A stretch of DNA of 64,000 nucleotides, taken from contig CM120644.1 of assembly GCA_051362555.1 (NCBI GenBank), positions 2,054,954 through 2,118,953 on the forward strand, read 5' to 3'. Below the pieces are notes generated by a model, which was given only the letters and a program-made list of their open reading frames with translations, was not told where the DNA came from and did no database searches. Each line of letters opens with the position of its first letter. The first letter of the stretch is position 1. Source of the stretch: Lingula anatina. Taxonomy: Eukaryota > Animalia > Brachiopoda. Shown here piece after piece: positions 40,001 through 50,678 of the stretch. Both the position numbers and the translations under genes were made by a program.

Positions 40001-43000
40001 TACCAGGAAATACACATGCATGCATTTAAGCAAGGCTGACACTCGCACGACTCAAGTCGTGTCAGTGCGCAAACTAGCCGTAAACTGGCGTGAAGTGTGC
40101 GTAAACCCGTCGTGACTGCGTGCCATGTTCAAAATTTTGGTCACGACAAAATTTCGCGACCGGGTTGTGAACTATGCGCAAACTGTTCGTGAACTCGTCG
40201 GGACGATGCGGGAGGATGCGTGCCAGTGCGCGCCATGCCACGACTGTTACGAATAGTTCGCGAACAGCTCACGTATATCGCGTGCCCAAGTCGGCACGAC
40301 ACCGTCCGAATTGTGCAAACTCGTCGTGCCAATGCGGGAAGTGCGTAAACTATGCACAAACTATGCGTGAACTTGTCGTGCAAGTTCATGTCAATGTGGA
40401 CACGCATTCGTAAACTATTCTTTAGCTCGTCGTGAACTCGTCGTGAACTATGCGTGAACAGGTAGGGAACAGTGCGCGAGCCTCCCACTTCGTGCCCCAA
40501 AATGGCACGACTTGCCACGACAAAATCGGGGCCAAAGTCGTGCAAGTGTCAGCCTTGCAATATGTATACATACATATGAAACAAAATGAAATTGGAATCA
40601 GGTGAAATGATACACTTAAAACGCCACCAAACTGTAATTTTCACCTAAATGAAGACGCTTCATAAAATGTACTCGAGAAAAAAAAAATCAAAATATAAAA
40701 AATAAAAACAAACAAATAGATTGCACATAAGATTAGATTTCGAGATTTGAAGAGGAGTTTATGCAATCCTGTGTTTACACATGATAAACAGAAGCAATAA
40801 CAACGTACATAAACTGCACGTTATCAAGATACGATGATATGTTCGTTATTCCCGGTTTTTATTTGGGGTCAGTGACTGGATATTGCGGCCTCACACAAGA
40901 GCGCAGCCTGAAAGTTAAAGATATATATACGAGGCACGAGGCCTTCAAACGTCCCTTCCCCTACAAAAATGCAAATAGTATTTTAAAAATGTTACAATAA
41001 AATAGGTAATGAAACTAAAATAAAATGGCGGTTCATCAGAAAATGACAACATCAATACGACTGGTCCCTGGGTCATTACATATTTGCTCTGTAGTTTTGA
41101 TCCACCACATTTTCACAGTTTTCAACTACAGCACAGCGTCAGTGTTTGCCTTTCCATTATCTTCTTTAACATTGCTTTAGTTAATTTTTATAGTCTTGTT
41201 AAATTTGGGAATAATAAATGACAAATACGAATTTAAATCAAACACAATTGTTAAAAAAAATATACCATGAAATTCAACGTTTCCTTTCGGTTGAGCTATT
41301 TAATAGTGTCTTGGAGAATATTAAGGACTATTAAAATGTTAAAGGAGTACCAAATTGTGAGTTTAGCGTGTGGTGTTGTGACTATTTTGTGGTGTTGTGA
41401 TGTTCGTGTGGTATTGTGACCCTTACACTCCTCCGTAACACGAGAAATATCACAATCAAAAACATTTGCATGAAAGACATGATTGCATTGTTAGATATCG
41501 CACAGTATTAGAATAGAAAATAGAGGTCTCATTATTACATTTATATTTTGTTGAAAATATTCTGTTTAAAGGTGTAACACTGAGGAAACAGCCACGCAGA
41601 CAATAACCTATTCTGGTGTCAACTGCACGGTGTCCAGGGCAGCTGTTAAACTGGACATAGTGATATACATCACCACCTCTGTGGGAGGGGCGCTGCTGCT
41701 AGTCGTCGCAATCACGATTGTGTTATTTGTGATTTGGAGACGACGGTATTGGAACGTAGCTAAACGGAGCAAGTGAGCAAGATTAATAATTTCAGCGTTA
41801 TTAGGATCCCTGAAGTATTTGGGGCAGCGGAAATCTTCTCCTTTTCAGGGTCACAGTAGTGTTGGTTCTTTGACTCACTTTCAAATCCATAAATTGAATA
41901 CTGTACAATGGAGAAGTCTGATGGAGTTGACTGTATTGTAGTTTATCGTTTAAATGCTTAATGAAATTAAAATAAATGCGGAAAGAAATAATTGAACATA
42001 GAAATCAAAACTAAAAAGCATAGCCAAACATCAAGTTAACGCATGCCGTCTAATTCCAATCCCGCTGTCGAAACATAACTTAAAGTGAAAGAAAGTCTTT
42101 CCATATTTCAGATATCATGATCTACTATCTAATAAGAAGGGTTCACACAACGATACTGCCTCTGATACTTCATCCGACACAGGTAGCCAGAAGTTACACA
42201 GGGGCGAACAAGTGTATGATAATAAGGTATATCTAAAATTTCCATGAGCATTATAACATTTTCATCATATTTATCGTAGTGACGATACGTTTATTCATCG
42301 TCTCAGTTTTTGATTTTTTTTACAAATACAGGGGCGGATATTTATTCTACTTGATCGCGTCTCATCGGCGTGTTTTGATTGAAAATGTGGTCTAAAATCC
42401 TTCAGTTTTACTCTGACAATTATTTAATAGCATGACCTGATTTAGCAATCTCTTTAAGCACCATTCCATATCGTCTAGAACAAAACATCTTAAGTTTAAT
42501 TCACGTTGCATCATATGGCCTTTCCATTCTTTGCTCTCGTCTTATGTTAAAAAAAAAAACTGTTTGTAGCGGACTCCCTTAGTCGCACACTAAACATATT
42601 ATACTAAATAGATTACATTTTTTTGTATTTCTGTGAATGTATTTTTTGAGAGCCGCAGCATGACTTTAGTGAGTACAAATGTGAACATTTGATGTTCCAA
42701 ACAATGGCTGCGGTCCAACTGCATCCGCCATAAAAAATCTCAATGTTTTGCATTAATGCACTGACAACAAAGACAGCAGAGTTTGCAATAAAGTCTCGTC
42801 TTATATATCGTTTAGAGGTAGATGCTCTGACGGACACGGTCTCTTTTTTTTTTTTCTTTCAGGTGTATCAGCACGGTGAAGACAATAACATATATGATCC
42901 TAGGCACAGTTTGGCATTCCAAGTCAAACTTGATCACATCGACCCGAAGGCTGATGTAAGTATTAGCTCGAGCTGTATACGTGAACAAAGTAGCATTGCG

Positions 43001-43894
43001 TTTGTTGAAATAAGCTTATCACTGAAAATGCACTGAAGAACACTGTCGAGTGTCAATTTGGATAAGTCAACTTAACGTTAAGCAATCTTTTCTCATAGGG
43101 AGCATTCACATCGAGAATAGGTCTTGTAAGGCCGAGACCTAAATATGGCGGACCTACATGAAAGGAAGACCGCTAATCCTGTAATGGTCTCTCCGCCTCC
43201 CCACGCGTTGTCCCTCGGCCAGTTGAATTGAGTCGAGATTTAATTACTGTGCCCCTGCAGGGACGACGCGTGGGGAGGCGTGTGAGAGGTGGAGAGAACA
43301 TTACAGGATTAGCGGTCTTCCTTTCATGTAGGTCCGCCATATTTAGGTCTCGGCCTTACTAGACCTCGGCTCTTTTCGATGTGAATGCTCCCATGGGCGG
43401 CTTATCGGTGACACCTTACATAGTATACATTGTAACTGAGCCTAACTGATGATTAAAGAGCTGAGAACAACATCCAGATAAGGAGAATCAATGCAATAAA
43501 TCGTTCTCTGTACTCTAGTTCATAAAGGGCGTGTTGTTATTACTCATATTGAAGAAGTTATATTGTAGAAGTTTAATTGGCACTTTTAGTAAGACGCTAG
43601 ACAAGGGTGCATCACAATTAGTTCATAAATGTTATCCAGTTTAGCCTGGGCACATCAAATTGTTCAGTTTTGATGGGAAAAGTAATATCAAACATGTGAC
43701 GACTTAGCACCCGGCAACGCGTTTTTGCCGGTAACATTACATGTACATGTTAACCATTTTCCTTACAAAATAATCATCATTTTGGTTATGTTCTGTTTGT
43801 TTGTTGGTTTGTTTTCCAGTATTCTATCAAAAGGCCTCAGGTATATCCCAGACCGAGCTCTCTTCATCAGCCACGAGGTAGTGGACTGTACTGA
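32951..43894 (+). CDS. Transmembrane mucin, MUC3/12/17-like (tandem-repeat Ser/Thr domain, SEA, EGF, TM), paralog 1, ~1619 aa
   Basis: Join 32951-36764,37090-37208,38349-38410,38737-38924,39243-39435,41572-41772,42112-42226,42863-42955,43820-43894 = 4860 nt in frame; signal peptide, SEA motif REGSIIIDF, EGF-like Cys, TM followed by WRRR; every downstream exon has a counterpart in paralog 2. Confidence 0.9.
33041..36710 (+). repeat. Coding VNTR, ~61 x 60 bp (consensus peptide DSTKISTTASATPSDTTSTE)
   Basis: Exact 60-nt period with no indels. Confidence 0.99.
37090..37208 (+). CDS. Mucin 1 SEA exon a
   Basis: DEQFLESLEKRIPLSFKF...ENIESK; homologous to 48465-48580. Confidence 0.85.
37405..37622. 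mobile_element. MITE with CAGGGGCGGA termini
   Basis: CAGGGGCGGA...TCCGCCACTG; TSD ACGGG on both sides. Confidence 0.75.
38349..38410 (+). CDS. Mucin 1 SEA exon b
   Basis: LFVMFSASLGGLQRVDITAIR; phases fit; homologous to 50183-50247. Confidence 0.8.
38737..38924 (+). CDS. Mucin 1 SEA exon c (GSIII cleavage-like motif)
   Basis: EGSIIIDFNLIFDLKTFLNNSG...YALGELEKI. Confidence 0.92.
39243..39435 (+). CDS. Mucin 1 Cys-rich/EGF exon
   Basis: NPCML...VECVSKCKEWCNDHGTCYVNPPSFTPTCT. Confidence 0.92.
39518..39786. mobile_element. TA-flanked MITE with ~29-bp TIRs
   Basis: CACACAATGGACAATAGAGGTGTCACCCC / GGGGTGACACTTCTATTGTCCATTGTGTG. Confidence 0.8.
40030..40558. mobile_element. GC-rich non-autonomous DNA transposon
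   Basis: TIRs GCAAGGCTGACACTCGCACGACT / AGTCGTGCAAGTGTCAGCCTTGC; dense TCGTG/CACGA internal motifs. Confidence 0.8.
41572..41772 (+). CDS. Mucin 1 EGF-end and TM exon
   Basis: CNTEETATQTITYSGVNC...TTSVGGALLLVVAITIVLFVIWRRRY. Confidence 0.93.
42112..42226 (+). CDS. Mucin 1 cytoplasmic exon a
   Basis: YHDLLSNKK...DTASDTSSDTGS...VYDNK; homologous to 53969-54083. Confidence 0.88.
42863..42955 (+). CDS. Mucin 1 cytoplasmic exon b
   Basis: VYQHGEDNNIYDPRHSLAFQVKLDHIDPKAD. Confidence 0.9.
43098..43392. mobile_element. Foldback MITE (Harbinger-like)
   Basis: Arms of ~100 bp or more: GGGAGCATTCACATCGA...TCGATGTGAATGCTCCC; absent from the paralogous intron near 54843. Confidence 0.88.
43820..43894 (+). 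CDS. Mucin 1 last coding exon
   Basis: YSIKRPQVYPRPSSLHQPRGSGLY-stop. Confidence 0.88.
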   Translation, partial: YSIKRPQVYPRPSSLHQPRGSGLY

Positions 43895-45726
43895 CCTTGA
43901 CCAATGGACATCTATCACAAACATTTTAATGGGGCACAGAGGGGGCCAGCTGTCTCTCATATTCTTTAGCTCTGGTGACATACTAACACGGATGACGGGG
44001 GCAGTTGTCACTCATATTGTTTAATTTTAGTGACATGACGTTATTTACTACACAAAGAAAATCGGAGATTATAGTTTTCTTTTAATTGCTATTTATTCAT
44101 TTTCTTAAAGTATGTATTACGAAGGTAATCCCGCTTTAATAAGCCAAATGTTCATGATCATCTCTATTATCGTTCATTTTCCAGCGTATATCTTAAAAAA
44201 ACAATGATTGAATTTTAATTTTTTTGAAAAAGCATTCAGATATTCAGTGACATTTGTCATATATTCCCTTCGTGATAATACCGTTTACAGAATAAATACG
44301 TTCCATTTAATCATCGTTTAATTTAATTAAGTTGTAGCTAATATGAAGTATCTAAAGACTGCTAGAAAGATTAACTCAAATGCAATAAAACATGTATTAA
44401 TATCAATACGGTATTCTATCTAAATCATTTTACTCTGTGTGATCATGCTGTATAGTAGCACAAAGCAGTCTTTAATCTAAGAGTTTCCGTTATTTGTTCC
44501 TATTATCTGCGATAAGAAAGCTAAGCTGTGTTTGCCCAATGAGACAGCAGACACACCTCACGCAGCGATATGAGAAGAAGTCAACTTGTTATAGATTAAA
44601 ATTGAATTGTATTAGATCTTTAAGTTTTTCCATCAGCGGGTCAAGTTTATTTCTTTGTTACCTTACTTTTTAAGAGAGTGCTGGGTTATATGCACATGCA
44701 CAATATAAAGAGTATGTTTCTGGAAAATGAGTTGGGGCGAATCGGGTATGCATGTAGAATTTGTCAAAAAAAAAAAAAAAAAAAAAAAACAGCAGAGACA
44801 TGCTCCACAACATTTCTGAATCATACCTAATACGGTATTCTTCGTATCACTTACATAAGGTCGATGTTAATATTATAATTTATAACCACACCAAGCACTT
44901 CACCTTGATAGATTGAAATGCATTAAGGAGATACATGTTCGTGTTTTGAAACTCTGGATCTCTGAAAATCTACAAGAATGTTCGTAGTGCGGCTAAAACG
45001 AAGTTAGCATACTGTATTGGTATGCAGATTTGACCTGAACAAAACAGATTTAGGGCAGGTGACAACCGATTCCTTGTGCAGATTTTTATTTTAATTAAAT
45101 CTGGAGAGATGGTCCTATCCGAAGACCAGAAACTCTGCCTTAGACCCATTTTTTATGAACAACCAAATTACATGTCAAAACAAATTTGATCGATCGTTTA
45201 TTAGTGTTTTATATTTTTCCCTTTTCTGAATCATATCACGTATCCCATTGATCAAGGCACAGCAGGTAATGTCGTTTGTATCCCGTGTCACCAAAGCATT
45301 TGATAAAATAACCTTTTTGCTCCGGTACTAAATGGTAAACATGCTAGTCTTAGCAGCCACTTCACATTCCAATACTAACATGAAACCTTGGTATTGCAAA
45401 TTAAGATTGCAAACCTGCATCATTAATTTTCTTGGAAGTATTAACGGCATGATAGTTAACACGAAGGTGACCTTGTCAATACCCAAATGCCACAGTAGCG
45501 GTTTAACACACGAAGTTTCAATTGTGCCCTTGCGTTGTAGCGACGCTTCCGTGTGCAGAATGCAATATAGAGTTTTTCATTTAGGGGACATGGCTTTCCC
45601 AACTGAGCTTTGTTTATACAGGCCTCTACTCTATCAAAGTGGGAGAGGATACAGCATCCAAGGCCTAGGCAAATCTGTTTTATAAAACTTTTCAAGTTGT
45701 AAAGGGGTTAGACTGAATAAAAATTA

Positions 45727-45951
45727 TCGGTCTACGAGTCTATCTAACACTGCGGGGATTCTTGCTGAGTGAAATCTGCTAAACGAATGGCAAGCCTCTT
45801 CCTGGTGCTGAGTTTTTTTAAAGAAAATCTGTTGATTATACGAGTCGGTTGAAAACAAGAGGAGACAGCTTAGCTGCTTGCACTCAGCGAGAGTCCCATC
45901 AGAGTGGGATCGATCAATGTAGACCGATGGGACAGTTTGGGAATGGGGGTT
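45727..45951. mobile_element. Harbinger-like MITE related to 11801-12241
   Basis: Shared CTAAC.CTGCGGGGA.TCT.GCTGAGTG core and TTTGGGAATGGG end; a further diverged copy lies at ~46385-46630. Confidence 0.55.
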
Positions 45952-47261
45952 TAAGCTATGCTATCTTGATCAAACTATATTTTTCCCGTGTTGATTGAAT
46001 CACTATATGAAGCGTTTCATACAGCAAGATAAATGATAAAATTAATTGCTGTTCGGCATGTACAATCAAGTTAGTTTCATCTATTCAGATTGTATAGTCC
46101 CAATGGAAAATTTAAATTCATCATCAGACAGTGGTACATTCAATTATCCATTCAAACATGTTTTTCTCTACAAGTTTCTTGTCAAACCCAAACGATCTCT
46201 TTAATATTGCTATTGCATATAATTTTGCTTGATTCCTTGACGGGGGCCTTAAGTCACGTGCCAGTTCGAATATCCCTCGAATGTGATCAGAATGTTTCGA
46301 ATGTTGCCAGAATGCCGTGAGAATATTTAAAATGCAGTCATAGTGTAGTTAGAATACTGTTCAAATGCCATTCGAATGCTTAAGGGACCTTTCCAAGTGA
46401 GTTGTGTTGGCCTTGATAATGCGCACTACCTCCACGGAAACTTAAGCTGAATGCAATCAGATAAACAGACTAAAACGCCTCCTCTTGTTTCCAGCGTGCT
46501 AACAAAATCACCAGCTACTCTCATATTTTACTCAACGCCAGGAGGAGACGTTTTAATTCGTCATTCTGATAACATTCAGTGGATTTTTCCTTGAGCTATT
46601 GCGCATTAGCGGGGTCGACAATAAAACAAGTTGATCGGTCCTACACACATGCGCAAACAAAGTGACCCAGTCACTCAACCCTTTTCAAGAGGCCTTTATC
46701 GCTTTAGCTTGGTATATATGCCGTTGGAGACGCCCCGATTTGGTTGGATAAGAAATTTCTTCTAGTAATTCAATCGGAATCACGCGAAATAATATAAAAC
46801 CTCGGGAGCATTTTCAGGTGGGCAATTTTACTGACTTTAAGTTATTGTTTTTATCTCAAACCAATTGCAAATAAGGCTTTGACTGCGACAAAATTAAGAT
46901 GGGTATAATGTAATTGTGATTTATTCTCTGCTATTGTCAAATTCAAATGACATTAATAATTTTCAAAATGCCCATGGTTCTGTATCTGTATATACATGTA
47001 TTTACAAATTTTATTTCATTTTATTTATTTTATTTTATTTTAATTCAAAATTCTGAAATAATCCTGAGTCAAAGTTTAATTAGACGAACACTTCTACCTT
47101 GTTAACAAATATGTTATGATGAAATATATAAAACTAGTTACCCTAAATTATTTACTTAAATAGAAACGGCATATTGATATTATTATCAGAGTTTAATAAT
47201 AAACCGGTCAACTTAGTTTTGTTATTTTTTCAGATATAAAACCGAACAGAACAACGACATT

Positions 47262-48187
47262 ATGCATCTCCAGGGACTGGTGTATATATTATTTCATGTG
47301 TGTTTCCATTCAGCGGCGCATTTTTCATCTTTATCAAATGAAAAAATTCATCAAAAAATTGGACGTTTCCTCAAATATCACCGGACAGCAGCAGGTTCCC
47401 GTTCTTTTGCAGGGAACTATGGGACAACCAACAGGCCAAATCAATACGCTAGAAGAGGACACACAGGACGATATTTACGAGTATATCACTGATAATATCC
47501 CCGTAGCCACGACCACTATAAACCCCCTGAGAGAAATGCAGGAAGAGACAAAATTTCTGCAACTGTTACAAGGAGATGCAGCTGACGAGGACGATTTGGT
47601 TGATTTTATAACCGTTTCTAATATGAAAGGACCAAAAACGAAAAAGACAGATAAATCATCCACTTTGGAACAAACAGCCAAATCCACTGGACGTAAGATT
47701 AAGAAATCAAACGATAAACATGTTAATATTCCCTCTAGAAAACAAGATAGACTACTGTCGCTCAGTCAAACTATACCAACCCCGCGCGGGAAACCCACAA
47801 CAATGGATCTAACTACGAAGACGCATGGCTCGTCAAGGTTGAACAGTTCAAGGATTCGACACAAAAGAGATGATCTATCGGACATTGGATCTGGGGAATC
47901 AGGGGATGGCTCAGGTGATTCTGAAAACAACACCACTATCCGAATATCGACTAAACTGACTTCGATGTCATCTCAAACTTTGTCAAGTACCGCCCCTGGT
48001 ACTTTCTCCTCAATTCCTAACTTCACATCTCCTAAGCGTACTGAAAAATCTTCCAGCAGTTCTTGGACCACACCGTCAACAGTTGGAACAAATCCATCGA
48101 CGAAACGTACTCCTACATCTCCTAAACCTTCTGAGGAATCTACAACTACTCCCAGCAAGCAAGACATTCCAGAGAGGATAGATATAG
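47262..48187 (+). CDS. Mucin 2 first coding exon (signal peptide, acidic/basic region, RHKR site, Ser-Gly cluster, short Ser/Thr/Pro stalk)
   Basis: Acceptor TTTCAG ending at 47233; MHLQGLVYILFHVCFHSAA; donor G|GTTGGT at 48188, phase 1. Confidence 0.8.
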
Positions 48188-50643
48188 GTTGGTGCAACAA
48201 AATTTCAATTCCATGATTATTTTATCTATTTGACTCTTGCATGAACGGTTTCAATATTATTGAAATAACTTTTACCCCAACAATAGAAGTAATCTTAATA
48301 TTGACGCTGTTTTTTCATTTAATAGCTAATGCGACTGAAACGTGCGTTTTTTTTTTGTTTTTTTTTTTTTGACTGAATGAAAATTGCAAACTGTCCAGAG
48401 AGTCACAAAAAATGTTTGGATATTTTTCTTTACTCTGTACAGTAAATATGACGTGTAATTACAGAGTCAACATTCCTGGAAACCCTTGAGAAACAAGTTC
48501 CTCTGTCGCTAAAATTTAACGCAAGCTACAAGGATTTAAAGTCTACCTTTGAAAAGAAGAAAATTAATTTAGAGAATCAGGTATGTGAATCAATTGCCTA
48601 TACCTTTATTTCAGAAGCCTTTAGATCAGTGATAGGGTAATAGTCCATTTTAAAAATATGTATGTAATGGAAGCGAAAGTATATATTTTGTTAGCAGTAT
48701 TCTAGCGAAAGGCACACATAACATGGACAACATAATTTTTTAGTTCAGCGAATCTCTGTAAAATTAAAGTATGTATCTTGTTTGGATTTCGAGGAATTCT
48801 AGTCAATTCTGCTTTAGTAAACCTGTTCTTGGCATCAGAAAAACGTTTGTCTATGATGAGACCAAACTGCAAATCTCCCAAATACAAAACGAGTGAAAAT
48901 TCATCTTAACTCAAGGTGATACTGAATTTGAAAATGAAGGTGTATAAATGAGGCAAAACAGGGCTTACTTTTTTCCCCCACTTTTTAAAGGCTGACAATT
49001 GTAACAAGGACGGGTAGGGTATTTTGTAATATTCACAACGGGTTCTTTGAGGTTGCTTACTTTAGTACATGCGTTTATTTCCCTTAGTGGGTATATTATA
49101 CTGATTTTATTTATGCGTGTGATTTAAAAAAAAAGAATGTAAAGTCAATACTTACAGAAAACAAATACAAACAGCAAAGGTTTTATTTATCGACCTGTAT
49201 ACCTTTCTGATGGAGAATTTAACATGATTGATTTCTCAGGTGTGTGGGTGATATAGTTTATAGATATAGCTTAGGATTTAAGTATCAGGTAATCATCAAA
49301 CCAGAGTATTGCTTTGATGGATCCTGCAATGGAAATAATTTGATCAGTGATATATAATTATAGAAATAGATCAGTTTACTATACGCACCAAAGAAAGTTA
49401 AAAAGAGGCAACTTCTAGAGGTATAGATAGTAAGCTGCTTGGAGTTATACATTTGGGACCTTTAAAAGAAAATTTGGATATAGAATATACATAAGACACA
49501 TCACGTGAAAGTTGGGGTTTGGCTATCGTTTGGGCGTGGTAGTCAAAAGGGTATAAAAAGAGACCACTGGCTCTCTTTTAACACTTACTTACACTTACCT
49601 TCTTATTTACCGACTTACTGACTTACTATTTACTTATTTGCTACAGTTCTTCGTGGGACTAACGTATTCTTGGGATTAACGTGTTTTGCAAGCTACTTAC
49701 TTTCGCATAGTTACCTTCTCAGCAGTTGCCACTAGCTTGGAGTATACTTCTCACTAGTTGTACTCACGAAATAAATACTTTACTGGAAGATCAGTGACTT
49801 ATCCGTCTTTTGATTATCACCGAGAGAGAGAGATTTATAACGGGAATAGACCCCCACGCACATATACAATAAACGCGGTTGATAGGTATGTCAAGACCAA
49901 TCAAACCAAATGATTAGAACAGGTTAGAGTTAGGCTGAGTATTGGGGTTTGTATATGGGACGAAAGTCACCTGTACAAGGTAATAGGAACAGGCTATGAT
50001 TTCTAGCGGACTACCATGTCTGTCACAGCTGGCGGAAATACACCTTTGTGTATGCATAATCACTCCGTCCGTGCCTTTGGAATTATTTATGTTAGGGTGA
50101 CATGTATGCATGAATATAGTGTTAATAAAAACGGCTTTATTTCATGGATGTATAATAACCAAGCTAATGGATTGTATTTCAGATATTCACTAAATTCAAT
50201 TCAACTGCAATGGAGGGTCTTCTTGGAGTGGAAATAACCGATTTCAGGTATTTCAATTTAACATACAATACAAAGATATACGACTTATCAAAATGTCTAC
50301 CAGACATGATGAATGGGTAGTTTCATATCAAAATAAAGTTTGATGAAGAAATGGTGGCACCATTTAAGAATAAGATTTCATTATTTACGTAGTTAGTTTG
50401 TCTGTTTGCATTATTATACAGAACAGTTACGAGCGGATTTTGATGAAATATTCAGGATAGGTTAAAAATGATCCTATTTATATCAGTAAAATGGCCGTCT
50501 TCTATAGCACCTCTTTATTCTCTACCGTCTTGTCACGCACAACGCCTCCACTAGTCCGTCTGGTTTCTCAAAAAAAAAAAAAAAAAAAAAAAAAAATTGG
50601 TCTGCTGCATCTATGTGAAGTGTCCACAGCGATAGAGTGGCGT

Positions 50644-50678
<35 letters not shown>

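Noticed and set aside
40141-40545. ORFs on both strands in the GC-rich TIR element
   Set aside because: No transposase motifs; explained by stop-poor internal subrepeats
49000-49842. Possible solo LTR (TGTAACA start, TATAAAAAG at ~49552, AATAAA at ~49770, ACTT-rich tract)
   Set aside because: No matching CA terminus or TSD could be fixed, so boundaries are unsupported
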